From: an uncultured Gemmatimonadales bacterium
Lineage (GTDB): Bacteria > Gemmatimonadota > Gemmatimonadetes > Longimicrobiales > RSA9
NCBI GenBank assembly: GCA_963816355.1
Contig: CAWFKH010000003.1
Coordinates: 32,001 to 96,000 of the forward strand
Direction of reading: 5' to 3'
DNA: 64,000 nt
Below are positions 1 to 10,226 of this stretch, piece after piece; within the stretch, counting starts at the first letter, position 1; each line of letters begins with the position of its first letter. A program made the translations under genes and the position numbers. Under the pieces are notes generated by a model. That model was not told the DNA's origin. It searched no databases and saw only the letters and a program-made list of their open reading frames with translations.

Positions 1-29
1 GGCGCGCCGCTCTTCGGCGCAGAGGCCAT
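1..29 (-). CDS. 5' end of a gene running off the left edge (MASAPKSGA...)
   Basis: ATG (cat at 27-29) preceded on the minus strand by a GGAGGA ribosome-binding site (tcctcc at 33-38). Confidence 0.45.
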
Positions 30-220
30 CGGTCCTCCTGGAGGGTGGACGTGAAACGCGCCCAACGTATTGGCGCCACGGCGCGCACGCCAGCGCCGGA
101 GCGCCGGCCGATCCGCGCCATGGTCGCTTGCGGCCGCTTCCCGCCCGCGGCACCTTGTCGCCTTCGCGTTCGCGGCGACGCCACGGCTGCGCCCTCCCCC
201 CGTAGCAGGGTTCCCGATCG

Positions 221-1711
221 ATGCACGGATCTCGCAGGACGACGCCCCCCGCGCCGGCGCGCCGCGCGCTCTTCCGCCTTCGCCGCGCGGCGCGCGTGCT
301 CCTCGCGCTGGCCGCCGGGGCACCGCTCGCCGCGACGCCCGCCGCGGCGCAGGCCACCGGCACGGCCGCCGGGGCGCGGGCCACGGATCTCGACGCGGCG
401 GCGATGGCGCAGCGGTACGGCGGCGTGGCGGACCGGCTGATCGACGCGGCGCTCGCGGACAGCGCGGCGTACGCCCGGCTGGGCGAGCTGGTGGACACGT
501 TCGGCCCGCGCATCGCCGGCTCGGCGGCGCTGGAGCGCGCGATCGACTGGGCGGTGGCGCGCATGCAGGAGGACGGGCTGGAGAACGTGCACACCGTGCC
601 GGCGATGGTGTCGCACTGGGTGCGCGGCGCGGAGTCGGCGGAGCTGGTCGAGCCGCGGCCGAAGAAGCTGGAGATGCTCGGGCTCGGCGGCAGCATCGCG
701 ACGCCGCCGGAGGGCGTCACCGCGCCGGTCCTCGTGGTCGGCGGCTGGGACGATCTGCGGGCGCACGCGGCAGAGGCGAAGGGTCGCATCGTCGTCTACG
801 ACGTCCCCTTCTCGACGTACGGCGAGACGGTGCGGTACCGCTCCCGCGGCGCGATCGAGGCGGCGAAGGTGGGCGCCGTCGCCAGCCTGATCCGCTCCGT
901 AACGCCGTTCTCGATGAACCTGCCGCACACCGGTGCGATGAGCTACGACTCGAGCGTGGAGCGGATCCCGCACGCGGCGCTCACGGTAGAGGACGTGATG
1001 ATGCTGCACCGCATGCAGGACCGCGGCGTCACGCCCGTGATCCGTCTTCGGATGGCGGCGCGGACGTACCCGGACGTCCCCTCGCGCGACGTCGTCGCCG
1101 AGATCCGCGGCAGCGAGAAGCCGGACGAGGTCGTGGTGATCGGCGGCCACATCGACTCCTGGGACGTCGGCCAGGGCGCCATGGACGACGGCGGCGGCGT
1201 CGTCGTCTCGTGGGAAGCGCTGCGCCTGATGAAGCGGCTCGGCTTGAGGCCGCGCCGCACCGTCCGTGTCGTCCTCTGGGTCGACGAGGAGCACACCGGC
1301 GCCGGCGGCCGCGCCTACGCCGACTCTCAGGGCGACGCCGTCGACGAGCACGTGCTCGCCATCGAGTCCGACGACGGCGTCTTCAAGCCGCTCGGCTTCG
1401 GCTTCACCGGCCCCGACGACGCGTTCACCCGCGTCGCCGCGGTGGGGAAGCTGCTCGACCGCATCGGCGCCGGGGCGGTGAGCAAGGGCGGCGGCGGCGC
1501 CGACATCGCGCCGCTGATGCGCCGCGGCGTGCCCGGCATGGGCCTCGTCGTGCAGGGCGACCGCTACTTCTGGTACCACCACACGAACGCCGACACGCTC
1601 GACAAGCTCGATCCCGCCGACGTCGCCGAGTGCGTCGCGGCGATGGCCGTGATGGCGTACGTCGTCGCGGACCTGCCGCAGCCGCTGCCGCACGGCCCGG
1701 TGACGCGATGA
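221..1711 (+). CDS. Secreted M28-family peptidase (carboxypeptidase Q-like)
   Basis: Signal peptide; motifs FGPRIAGS, GGHIDSWDVGQGAMDDGGG, DEE, IESD, YHHT. Exact start uncertain. Confidence 0.9.
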   Translation: MHGSRRTTPPAPARRALFRLRRAARVLLALAAGAPLAATPAAAQATGTAAGARATDLDAAAMAQRYGGVADRLIDAALADSAAYARLGELVDTFGPRIAGSAALERAIDWAVARMQEDGLENVHTVPAMVSHWVRGAESAELVEPRPKKLEMLGLGGSIATPPEGVTAPVLVVGGWDDLRAHAAEAKGRIVVYDVPFSTYGETVRYRSRGAIEAAKVGAVASLIRSVTPFSMNLPHTGAMSYDSSVERIPHAALTVEDVMMLHRMQDRGVTPVIRLRMAARTYPDVPSRDVVAEIRGSEKPDEVVVIGGHIDSWDVGQGAMDDGGGVVVSWEALRLMKRLGLRPRRTVRVVLWVDEEHTGAGGRAYADSQGDAVDEHVLAIESDDGVFKPLGFGFTGPDDAFTRVAAVGKLLDRIGAGAVSKGGGGADIAPLMRRGVPGMGLVVQGDRYFWYHHTNADTLDKLDPADVAECVAAMAVMAYVVADLPQPLPHGPVTR

Positions 1712-4587
1712 GCCCCGCCGCCCGCTCCCGGCTCGGCCGCATCGCGCTCGCGGGCGGGCTCTCGACGGCGACGCTCGCCGCCGCGCTCGCCGCGCCCGCG
1801 CCGATCGCGGCCCAGGCCGCCACCGCGCGGCCGACGGCTGCCGCGCGCGACACGACGCCGCCACTCACGGCGCCGCTGCCGGCCGACAGCCTCGTGCGGA
1901 CCGGCACGCTGCCCAACGGGCTGCGCTACTACATCCGCGTGAACCGTCGGCCGGAGGACCGGGCGGAGCTGCGGCTGGCGGTGAACGCCGGCTCGATCCT
2001 GGAGACGCCGGCGCAGCGCGGGCTCGCGCACTTCGTCGAGCACATGGCGTTCAACGGCACGCGCCACTTCGCCAAGAACGAGCTGGTCTCCTATCTCGAG
2101 TCGATCGGGATGCGGTTCGGCGCGGACGTGAACGCGTCCACGTCGTTCGACGAGACGGTGTACACGCTCACGCTGCCGACCGACACCGCGGCGGTGCTGG
2201 AGAAGGGGCTGCAGATCCTCGAGGACTGGGCGCACGGCCAGGTGTTCGACTCGGCGCAGGTCGCCGCCGAGCGCGGCGTCGTCCTCGAGGAGTGGCGCCT
2301 CGGACAGGGCGCCGGCTCGCGCATGCGGAAGAAGCAGTTCCCCGTGCTCTTCCACGGCTCCCGCTACGCCGAGCGGCTGCCGATCGGCGACACCGCCGTG
2401 ATCACCACCGCCACGCCGTCGGAGCTGGAGGCGTTCTACCGCGCGTGGTATCGCCCGGACCTGATGGCGGTGGTCGCCGTCGGGGACTTCGAGGCCGCCC
2501 GCGTCGAGGCGATGATCCGCGAGCACTTCGGCGCAATCGCGCCGGTGCGCGACGCCGAGCCCCGCACCGTCTTCCCCGTCCCGACCGAGGACACGACGCT
2601 CGTCTCGGTCGTGCAGGACCCGGAGGCGACCGGCTCGACGGTGAACGTCTACTACAAGCACGCCTCGCGCGAGGAGCGCACCTACGGCGATTACCGGCGC
2701 AGCATTGTCGAGAGCCTCTACGACGGCATGATGAACCGCCGCCTCGCCGAGCTGACGCAGCAGACGGCGCCGCCCTTCATCGGCGCGTTCGCGGGCAACA
2801 CGAGCCTGACCCGCACCGCCGACGCCTACGTCCTGGCCGCGGGCGTCCCGGACGGCGGCGTGCTGCGCGGCCTCGACGCGCTGCTCACCGAAGCGGAGCG
2901 CGTCTACCGCCACGGCTTCACCGCGACCGAGTTGCAGCGCGAAAAGGCGGACGCGCTGCGCAACATGGAGCGCGTCTACGCGGAGCGGGAGAAGACGGAG
3001 TCCTCCTCGTTCGCCGACGAGTACGTGCGCAACTTCCTTCTCGGCGAGCCGATCCCCGGGATCCCCGCCGAGTGGGCCCTCTACCGCCGCTTCGTCCCCG
3101 GCGTCACGCTGCCGGAGGTCGACTCGCTCGCGCAGCGCTGGCTGCGGCCGGCCGGCCGCGTCGTCCTCGTGCAGGCGCCGGAGAAGGCGAGCGTGCCGGC
3201 GCGCGCGCAGCTCCTCGCCGCCTTCGACTCGGTCGCGCACGCGCAGATCCCGGCCTACGAGGATGTGGCCGCGGACCGGCCGCTCGTCGCCGCGCCGCCC
3301 GCGCCCGGCCGCATCGTGAGGACGACACGGCTCGACACGATCGGCGTCACCGAGTGGACGCTGTCGAACGGCGCCCGCGTGCTGCTCAAGCCGACCGACT
3401 TCAAGGACGACCAGGTGCTCCTGCGCGCCTTCGCCTGGGGCGGCACCTCGCTCGCGCCCGACAGCCTCCTCGTCCCCGCCGTCACCGCCGCCGCCGTCGT
3501 CGCGGCGGGCGGCGCCGGCGACTTCAACCGCATCGAGCTCGACAAGGCGCTCTCGGGCAAGGCGGTCAGCGTCACGCCCTACATCAGCGGCCTCGAGGAG
3601 GGCCTCTCCGGCGGCGGCTCGCCGCGCGACCTCGAGACGCTGATGAAGCTGGTGTGGCTCACCTTCACCGCGCCCCGCGCCGACACCGTCGCGTTCGCCT
3701 CCTTCAAGTCCCGCATCGCCGCCGCCTACCGCAACCGCAGCGAGAACCCGGAGGCCGCGTTCCAGGACACGCTGCAGGTGGTGATGGCGCAGCACGCGCC
3801 GCGCGCCCAGCCGCTCGACAGCGCCTGGTTCGGCCGCATGGACCTGGGCGAGTCGCTGCGCTTCTACCGCGATCGTTTCGACGACGCCGGCGCCTTCACC
3901 TTCCTCCTCGTCGGAAGCTTCGACGTCGACTCCATCCGCCCGCTCGTCGAACGCTGGATCGCCTCGCTGCCCGCGTCCGGCCACGCCGAGAGCTGGCGCG
4001 ACGTCGGCATCCGCCCGCCGCCCGGCGTCGTCGAGCGCACCGTGCGCAAGGGCATCGAGCCGAAAGCCCGCGCGCGCATCATCTTCCACGGCCCGATCGA
4101 CTACGACGACGACCGCGCCTACCTGCTCTCCTCCCTCGCCGACATCCTCCAGATCCGGCTCCGCGACGTGCTGCGCGAGGAGATGGGCGGGACCTACGGC
4201 GTGGGTGTCGACGCCGGCGCCTCACCCGAGCCGTATCCCGGCTACAGCGTCGCGATCGATTTCGGCGCCGCGCCCGACCGCCTCGATGAGCTGACGCGCG
4301 CCGTCTTCACTCAGATCGACTCGCTGCAGCGCTCCGGTCCGCGCTCCGCCGAGCTCGAGAAGGTGCGCGAGACGCAACTCCGCGGGCGCGAGACGTCGCT
4401 GCGCCAGAACGGCTTCTGGACCGCCTACCTGCAGGAGATGGAGCAACACGACCGCCCCCCGGCCGCGCTCTACGACTTCGAGCGCCGCGTCCGGGCGCTG
4501 GATGCCGCAGCCATCCGCGATGCCGCGCGGCAGTACCTGGATCGGAAGCGGTACGTGGAAGTGCGGCTCGTGCCGGCAGGGTCGTAG
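1708..4587 (+). CDS. M16 zinc protease (PqqL-like), secreted
   Basis: HFVEH inverted zinc motif, LPNGLRYY, second half LSNGARV, LREEMGGTY; ATGA overlap with the upstream stop. Confidence 0.92.
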   Translation: MSPAARSRLGRIALAGGLSTATLAAALAAPAPIAAQAATARPTAAARDTTPPLTAPLPADSLVRTGTLPNGLRYYIRVNRRPEDRAELRLAVNAGSILETPAQRGLAHFVEHMAFNGTRHFAKNELVSYLESIGMRFGADVNASTSFDETVYTLTLPTDTAAVLEKGLQILEDWAHGQVFDSAQVAAERGVVLEEWRLGQGAGSRMRKKQFPVLFHGSRYAERLPIGDTAVITTATPSELEAFYRAWYRPDLMAVVAVGDFEAARVEAMIREHFGAIAPVRDAEPRTVFPVPTEDTTLVSVVQDPEATGSTVNVYYKHASREERTYGDYRRSIVESLYDGMMNRRLAELTQQTAPPFIGAFAGNTSLTRTADAYVLAAGVPDGGVLRGLDALLTEAERVYRHGFTATELQREKADALRNMERVYAEREKTESSSFADEYVRNFLLGEPIPGIPAEWALYRRFVPGVTLPEVDSLAQRWLRPAGRVVLVQAPEKASVPARAQLLAAFDSVAHAQIPAYEDVAADRPLVAAPPAPGRIVRTTRLDTIGVTEWTLSNGARVLLKPTDFKDDQVLLRAFAWGGTSLAPDSLLVPAVTAAAVVAAGGAGDFNRIELDKALSGKAVSVTPYISGLEEGLSGGGSPRDLETLMKLVWLTFTAPRADTVAFASFKSRIAAAYRNRSENPEAAFQDTLQVVMAQHAPRAQPLDSAWFGRMDLGESLRFYRDRFDDAGAFTFLLVGSFDVDSIRPLVERWIASLPASGHAESWRDVGIRPPPGVVERTVRKGIEPKARARIIFHGPIDYDDDRAYLLSSLADILQIRLRDVLREEMGGTYGVGVDAGASPEPYPGYSVAIDFGAAPDRLDELTRAVFTQIDSLQRSGPRSAELEKVRETQLRGRETSLRQNGFWTAYLQEMEQHDRPPAALYDFERRVRALDAAAIRDAARQYLDRKRYVEVRLVPAGS

Positions 4588-4621
4588 GCAGCCAGCCGCG
4601 AGACCGGCGGAAGGCGGTGCG

Positions 4622-4661
4622 GCCGACCGGGTGCGCTCCTCTCGCCGACCGGGTGCGCTCC
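4622..4661 (+). repeat. 18-bp direct repeat GCCGACCGGGTGCGCTCC x2 (22-bp period)
   Basis: Copies at 4622-4639 and 4644-4661, in the gap before the aconitase. Confidence 0.8.
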
Positions 4662-4664
4662 CGG

Positions 4665-4680
4665 CGGTCCAGAACCTGCA
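4665..4680 (+). promoter_or_regulatory. Putative sigma54 (-24/-12) promoter
   Basis: CGGTCCAGAACCTGCA: GG-N10-GC with TGCA, about 40 bp before the GTG start. Confidence 0.35.
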
Positions 4681-4720
4681 ACCGAAGAGCGCCCCTCTCC
4701 CTCCCGCCGGAGGCGCCGCA

Positions 4721-6763
4721 GTGTCGAGCAACGTCGCGCGCAAGCTGATCGCCGAGCACCTGGTCGAAGGAGAGATGCGGCCGGGCGAGGAGATCGCCGT
4801 GCGCATCGACCAGACGCTGACGCAGGACGCGACGGGAACGCTCGTGATGCTCGAGCTCGAGGCGATGGGGCTGGACCGCGTGCGCACGGAGCTGTCGGCG
4901 CAGTACGTCGACCACAACCTGCTGCAGGCGGACAGCCGCAATCCGGACGACCATCTCTTCCTGCAGAGCGCCTGCCGTCGCTTTGGCGTCTGGTTCAGCC
5001 GGCCGGGCAACGGCGTCAGCCATCCCGTGCACATGCAGCGCTTCGGCCGGCCCGGCGCGACGCTGCTCGGCTCCGACAGCCACACCTGCGCCGCCGGCTC
5101 TCTCGGCATGCTCGCGATCGGCGCGGGCGGCCTGGACGTCGCGCTCGCGATGGCGGGCGAGCCGTTCCGCTTCTCCATGCCGCGCATCTGGGGCGTGCGC
5201 CTCGTCGGCGAGCTGCCGCCGTGGGTGAGCGCGAAGGACGTGATCCTGGAGATGCTGCGCCGCCACGGCGTCGCCGGCGGGATCGGCCGCATCGTCGAGT
5301 ATCACGGCCCCGGCCTGCGCGGCCTTTCGGCGATGGACCGCCACGTGATCGCGAACATGGGCGCGGAGCTGGGCGCGACCACGACCGTCTTCCCGTCGGA
5401 CGACGCGACGCGTGCCTTCCTGCGCGCGGAAGGGCGCGAGGAGCAGTGGCGCGAGCTGACGGCGGACGACGGCGCGTCGTATGACGTCGAGGAGGAGATC
5501 GATCTCGGCGCGCTCGAGCCGCTCATCGCGCGCCCGTCGAGCCCGGGCGACGTCGTGCCCGTGCGGGAGGTGGCCGGCGCGGAGATCTACCAGGCGTATA
5601 TCGGCTCGTCGGCGAACCCCGGCTTCCGCGACTTCGCCATTGCCGCCCGCATCGTGCGCGGCCGCACTGTCGCGAGCCACGTCTCCTTCGACGTCAACCC
5701 GACGTCGCGTGAGCTGCTCCAGGATCTGATGTCGGCCGGCCTGCTCTCCGACCTGATCGCGTCGGGCGCGCGGCTGCACCAGGCCGGCTGCAACGGCTGC
5801 ATCGGCATGGGCCAGGCGCCCGCGACCGGCCGCAACTCGCTGCGTACGACGCCGCGCAACTTCCCCGGCCGTTCCGGAACGAAGGAGGACTCCGTTTGGC
5901 TGTGCAGTCCGGAGACCGCGGCCGCCTCCGCGCTCGCCGGCGCGATCACCGATCCGCGTACGCTGGACATGCCGTACCCGGCGATCGAGGAGCCGTCCCG
6001 GCGCCCGCTCCGCCTGCGGACGATGGAAGCCCCGCCGCCCGCGGAGGAGGCGACGGACATCGACCTGCTCAAGGGGCCGAACATCTCGTCGCTGCCCGCG
6101 CTCGAACCGCTCCCCGACACGCTGGAGCTGCCCGTGCTGCTGCGCGTCGGCGACGACCTCTCGACCGACGAGATCCTCCCCGCCGGGTCACGCATCCTGC
6201 CGTACCGGAGCAACATCCCGAAGATCAGCGAGTTCGCCTTCGAGATCGTCGACGACAGCTACGCCCGCCGCGCCGCCGCCGCGCGCGACGCCGGCGGCCA
6301 CGCCGTCGTCGCCGGCTCGAACTACGGTCAGGGCTCGAGCCGCGAGCACGCCGCGCTGGCGCCGCGCTACCTCGGCCTGCGGGTCGTCATCGCCGTCGGC
6401 TTCGCGCGCATCCACCGCCAGAACCTCGTCAACTTCGGCGTGCTGCCGCTGGTGTTCGAGCACCGCGCCGACTACGATCGTCTGCGGCAGGGGGCGACGC
6501 TGCGCCTGCGCGACCTGCACGCGCGCCTCGAGCGCGACGGGCCGCTCGAGATCGAGGTCGTCGGCGGCGAGCGCGGCGCCGCGGCGGGCGCGGCCGATGA
6601 CGGCGGGGGACCGGGATGGAGCTTCCTGGCGCGGCACGGCCTCTCCCGGCGCGAGGTCGCCGCCGTGCGCGCGGGGGGGCTGACCAACTGGATCCGGCGT
6701 CGCGCCGCCCGCACCGCCGCCGCTGCCGGCCGCCCCCCCGCCGGCGAGGCGAGCCTGGACTGA
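4721..6763 (+). CDS. Aconitate hydratase, short (Aquifex/archaeal-like) type
   Basis: DQTLTQDATG, DHN, GSDSHT, CNGCIGMGQ, RNFPGRSG, STDEI, NYGQGSSREHAA. Confidence 0.9.
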   Translation: MSSNVARKLIAEHLVEGEMRPGEEIAVRIDQTLTQDATGTLVMLELEAMGLDRVRTELSAQYVDHNLLQADSRNPDDHLFLQSACRRFGVWFSRPGNGVSHPVHMQRFGRPGATLLGSDSHTCAAGSLGMLAIGAGGLDVALAMAGEPFRFSMPRIWGVRLVGELPPWVSAKDVILEMLRRHGVAGGIGRIVEYHGPGLRGLSAMDRHVIANMGAELGATTTVFPSDDATRAFLRAEGREEQWRELTADDGASYDVEEEIDLGALEPLIARPSSPGDVVPVREVAGAEIYQAYIGSSANPGFRDFAIAARIVRGRTVASHVSFDVNPTSRELLQDLMSAGLLSDLIASGARLHQAGCNGCIGMGQAPATGRNSLRTTPRNFPGRSGTKEDSVWLCSPETAAASALAGAITDPRTLDMPYPAIEEPSRRPLRLRTMEAPPPAEEATDIDLLKGPNISSLPALEPLPDTLELPVLLRVGDDLSTDEILPAGSRILPYRSNIPKISEFAFEIVDDSYARRAAAARDAGGHAVVAGSNYGQGSSREHAALAPRYLGLRVVIAVGFARIHRQNLVNFGVLPLVFEHRADYDRLRQGATLRLRDLHARLERDGPLEIEVVGGERGAAAGAADDGGGPGWSFLARHGLSRREVAAVRAGGLTNWIRRRAARTAAAAGRPPAGEASLD

Positions 6764-6773
6764 GGCGAACCCA

Positions 6774-9272
6774 TTGAGCGAGCGCACAGCGGGAAGACCG
6801 AGGCCGGACGACGCGGAGTGGGCGCTCCTCCCCTTCGCGCCGATGATCTACGTGGCCTGGGCGGACGGCGTGCTCTCCGGCGACGAGATCACCCGCATCG
6901 GCGAGATCCTGCGCGCACGCGAGGGCGCCGACGGCATCGCCGCCGACGCTGTCGACCGGTGGCTCAATCCCGCGCGGCCCCCCTCACCCGTCGACCTTGC
7001 CGCGCTGCTGCGAACGCTCCGCCGCGCCGCGCGTTCGCTCTCCGCCGACGAGCGCCGTTCGCTCGCCGGCCTCGGCGCCGCGCTCGCCCGCCGCGGCGGC
7101 TTCCACGACCCCGCGGTCGACGCCGCACTGAGCCGCGTCGAGGCCGCGCTCGGCGTCGCGGGCGGCGACGCCGTGAAGGCGATCCTCGCCGAGCCCGCCT
7201 CGTCCTCGGCCGCCGTCGCCGCGCCCTCGCCCACGGCAGCTGCTCCCTCGCCCGCGGCCGCCGCGTCCTCGCCCGCGGCCGGGCCTGCGCCCTCGGCCGC
7301 CAAGGCGCCGCCCGACCCGGTGGCGCTCGAACGCTTCCTGCAGCCGGACCACCGCGACATCCGCGCGCGCGTCTTCGCGCTGCTCGAGCGGCCGTCGTTC
7401 CGTCTCGATGCGGGCCTGCCGATGGCGGAGCACCGCCGGCGGGTCTTCGCCTGGCTCGGCGAGCTGGCGGAGGCGGGCCTCACCGCGTTCGCCTACCCGG
7501 AGGCCCAGGGCGGCGCGGGCGACGTCGGTGCCAGCATCGCGGTCTTCGAGACGCTCGCGTACCACGACCTCAGCCTCGTCGTGAAGTACGGCGTGCAATT
7601 CGGCCTCTTCGGCGGCAGCATCCTGCACCTCGGCACGGAGCGCCACCACGAGCGTTGGCTGCGCGACGTCGCCTCGCTCCAGCTCGCCGGCTGCTACGCG
7701 ATGACCGAGGTCGGCCACGGCTCCAACGTGCGTGATCTGCGCACCGTCGCCCGCTACGACGCCGCGAGCGGTGAGTTTGTCGTCGTCACGCCCGACGCCG
7801 ACGCGCGCAAGGACTGGATCGGGAACGCCGCGCTGCACGCGCGCCTCGCGACGGTCTTCGCCCAGCTCGAGGTGGGCGGCCAGGGTTACGGCGTGCACGC
7901 GCTCGTCGTCCCGATCCGGGACGCGGCGGGCCGTCCGCTGCCCGGCGTCGAGATCGAGGACTGCGGGCTGAAGGAGGGGCTGAACGGCGTCGACAACGGC
8001 CGCCTCGCCTTCCGCGGCGTGCGCGTGCCGCGCGACCATCTGCTCGACCGCTTCGGCCGCGTCACGGAAGACGGCCGTTATGAGAGCCCGATCGCCAGCG
8101 ACGGCCGCCGCTTCTTCACCATGCTGGGCACGCTCGTCGCCGGGCGGATCAGTATCGCCGCCGCCGCCGGCAGCGTCGCCCGCACGGCGCTCGCGATCGC
8201 CGTCCGCTACACGGATCGGCGCCGCCAGTTCGGCCCTCCCGGCGGCGCCGAGGTGCCGGTCCTCGACTACCTCGCGCAGCAGCGGCGTCTGCTGCCGCGC
8301 CTGGCGACGACGTACGCCCTCCACTTCGCCGTGCGGGACCTCGTTCGCCGCTATGCCGACGTCCGGCCCGGCCAGGAGGTCGACCGCGAGATCGAGAGCC
8401 TGGCCGCCGGCCTCAAGGCGTACGGCACGCAGCACACCGTCGAGACGATCCAGCAGTGCCGCCAGGCATGTGGCGGCCGCGGCTATCTCGCCGCCAGCCG
8501 CTTCGGCGCGCTGCTCGCCGACACCGACGTCTTCACCACCTTCGAGGGCGCCAACCTCGTCCTCCTCCAGCTCGTCGCTCGCGGCCTGCTCACCCGCTTC
8601 CGCGAGCACATCGGCGACCTTCGCATCTGGGGCCTCGCGCGCTACCTCGGCGAGCGCGCCGCGCACCGCGTCGCCCGCCTCAACCCGATCCTCACCCGCC
8701 GCACCGACCCCGAGCACCTGCGCGACCCGCAGTTCCAGCTCGACGCGCTGCGCTTCCGCGAGGAGCATCTCGTCGACACCGCCGCGCGCCGCCTCAAGCG
8801 CCGCATCGACGAGACCGGCGACACCTTCGCCGCCATGAACCAGACGCAGGACCACCTCGTCGCCGCCGCCCGCGCCCACGTCGAGCGCGTCCTGCTCGAG
8901 CGCTTCGCCGATGCCGTCGCCGCGCACGCGAGCACCGGCGCCGCCGCTGCCGCGCCCGGGGTTGCCACGGCCGCGGCCGCGCCCGGCGTCGCCACGGTCA
9001 CGCCCGCCACGACCGCGCCCGCCACGGCGCAACAGGGCCCCTCTCCCCTCGTCCCGGCATCGCTCGCGGCGCTGCGCGCCCTCCGCGACCTCTTCGCGCT
9101 CTCCCGCATCGAAGCCGACCGCGGCTGGTTCCTCGAGACCGGCTACATCGAAGCCTCGAAGGCGAAGGCGGTCCGCGCCGAAGTGAACCGCCTCTGCGCC
9201 GACCTCCGCCCCCTCGCCGTCCCCCTCGTAGAAGCCTTCGGCATCCCCGAATCCCTTCTCCCGCCGCTATAA
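6774..9272 (+). CDS. Acyl-CoA oxidase/dehydrogenase with an N-terminal TerB-like helical domain
   Basis: GCYAMTEVGHGSNV, KDWIGNAA, GLNGVDNG, RRQFG, CRQACGGRGY, TFEGAN; N-terminal VAWADGVLSGDEI. Confidence 0.88.
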   Translation: MSERTAGRPRPDDAEWALLPFAPMIYVAWADGVLSGDEITRIGEILRAREGADGIAADAVDRWLNPARPPSPVDLAALLRTLRRAARSLSADERRSLAGLGAALARRGGFHDPAVDAALSRVEAALGVAGGDAVKAILAEPASSSAAVAAPSPTAAAPSPAAAASSPAAGPAPSAAKAPPDPVALERFLQPDHRDIRARVFALLERPSFRLDAGLPMAEHRRRVFAWLGELAEAGLTAFAYPEAQGGAGDVGASIAVFETLAYHDLSLVVKYGVQFGLFGGSILHLGTERHHERWLRDVASLQLAGCYAMTEVGHGSNVRDLRTVARYDAASGEFVVVTPDADARKDWIGNAALHARLATVFAQLEVGGQGYGVHALVVPIRDAAGRPLPGVEIEDCGLKEGLNGVDNGRLAFRGVRVPRDHLLDRFGRVTEDGRYESPIASDGRRFFTMLGTLVAGRISIAAAAGSVARTALAIAVRYTDRRRQFGPPGGAEVPVLDYLAQQRRLLPRLATTYALHFAVRDLVRRYADVRPGQEVDREIESLAAGLKAYGTQHTVETIQQCRQACGGRGYLAASRFGALLADTDVFTTFEGANLVLLQLVARGLLTRFREHIGDLRIWGLARYLGERAAHRVARLNPILTRRTDPEHLRDPQFQLDALRFREEHLVDTAARRLKRRIDETGDTFAAMNQTQDHLVAAARAHVERVLLERFADAVAAHASTGAAAAAPGVATAAAAPGVATVTPATTAPATAQQGPSPLVPASLAALRALRDLFALSRIEADRGWFLETGYIEASKAKAVRAEVNRLCADLRPLAVPLVEAFGIPESLLPPL

Positions 9273-9301
9273 CCCGCACCCCCGCAGCGCCCCCCCCCCC
9301 G

Positions 9302-9502
9302 GCGAAGCGGGTTTCCCTCGCGCAGCGAGCTTCCCCGCGAAGCGGCCCCCCCGCGAAGCGGGGCCCCCGCGAAGCGGGTTTCCCTCGCGCAGCGAGCTTC
9401 CCCGCGAAGCGGCCCCCCCGCGAAGCGGGGCTCCCCTCGCGCAGCGAGCTTCCCTCGCGCAGCGAGCCTCCCTCGCACAGCGAGCTTCCCTCGCGAAGCG
9501 AG
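9302..9502 (+). repeat. Tandem array of 12 mini-hairpins (C[C/T]CGC-GNA-GCG[G/A]G)
   Basis: Units start at about 9302, 9317, 9335, 9350, 9366, 9384, 9402, 9417, 9436, 9454, 9472 and 9490; a higher-order 67-bp duplication is visible. Confidence 0.92.
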
Positions 9503-9605
9503 CCCCACCGGCGTATCCTAAGTACGGATCTTGCAACCGCTGCGACCGGATTTTCTCACCCGGATCGCGCCACGATTCGCACCCCGCACGCCAGGAGACG
9601 ATCAC

Positions 9606-10226
9606 ATGCCCTATCCATTCAAGCTCCCGGATCTTCCCTATGATTTCGGCGCTCTCGAGCCGCACATCGACGCGCGCACGATGGAGATCCACCACGACAA
9701 GCATCACGCGGGCTACACCAGCAAGCTGAACGATGCGCTGGAGAAGCATTCGGAGTGGCAGGGACGCGAGGCGGAGGAGATCCTTCGCAACATCAACAGC
9801 GTGCCCGAAGACATCCGGACGGCCGTGCGTAACAACGGCGGCGGCTACGTCAACCATGCGCTCTTCTGGCGCATTATGTCGCCGGAGGGCGGCGGCGAGC
9901 CGGAGGGCGACCTCGCCAACGCGCTGCGCTCGAAGTTCGGCTCCTTCGACGACTTCAAGCAGAAGCTCACCGCCACCGCGGGCGGCCAGTTCGGCAGCGG
10001 CTGGGGCTGGCTCGTCGTGACCGCTCCGGGCGACCTCGACGTCTACTCGACGCCGAACCAGGACAGCCCGTACATGAACGGCCACACGCCGATCCTCGGC
10101 GTCGATGTCTGGGAGCACGCGTACTACCTGAAGTACCAGAACAAGCGTCCGGAGTACCTGCAGAACTGGTGGAACGTCGTCAACTGGCGCGAGGTCGAGA
10201 AGCGGTACGACGCCGCCCGCGGTTGA
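9606..10226 (+). CDS. sodA: Mn/Fe superoxide dismutase
   Basis: [52 protein letters not shown] ribosome-binding site. Confidence 0.96.
   Translation: MPYPFKLPDLPYDFGALEPHIDARTMEIHHDKHHAGYTSKLNDALEKHSEWQGREAEEILRNINSVPEDIRTAVRNNGGGYVNHALFWRIMSPEGGGEPEGDLANALRSKFGSFDDFKQKLTATAGGQFGSGWGWLVVTAPGDLDVYSTPNQDSPYMNGHTPILGVDVWEHAYYLKYQNKRPEYLQNWWNVVNWREVEKRYDAARG

Noticed and set aside
198..210. CCCCGTAGCAGGG, shared with the hairpin at 44083-44095; also CACGGATCCGGC at 11267 and 17780
   Set aside because: Two copies of 12-13-bp GC-rich words are too weak to separate from chance without a genome-wide count.
70..1707. N-terminal 546 aa of the 1505-aa ORF as a fusion protein
   Set aside because: It overlaps the M28 peptidase in another frame; the M16 protease starts at ATG 1708.
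9302..9502. CRISPR array
   Set aside because: Units are 15-19 bp with no unique spacers, and there are no cas genes.
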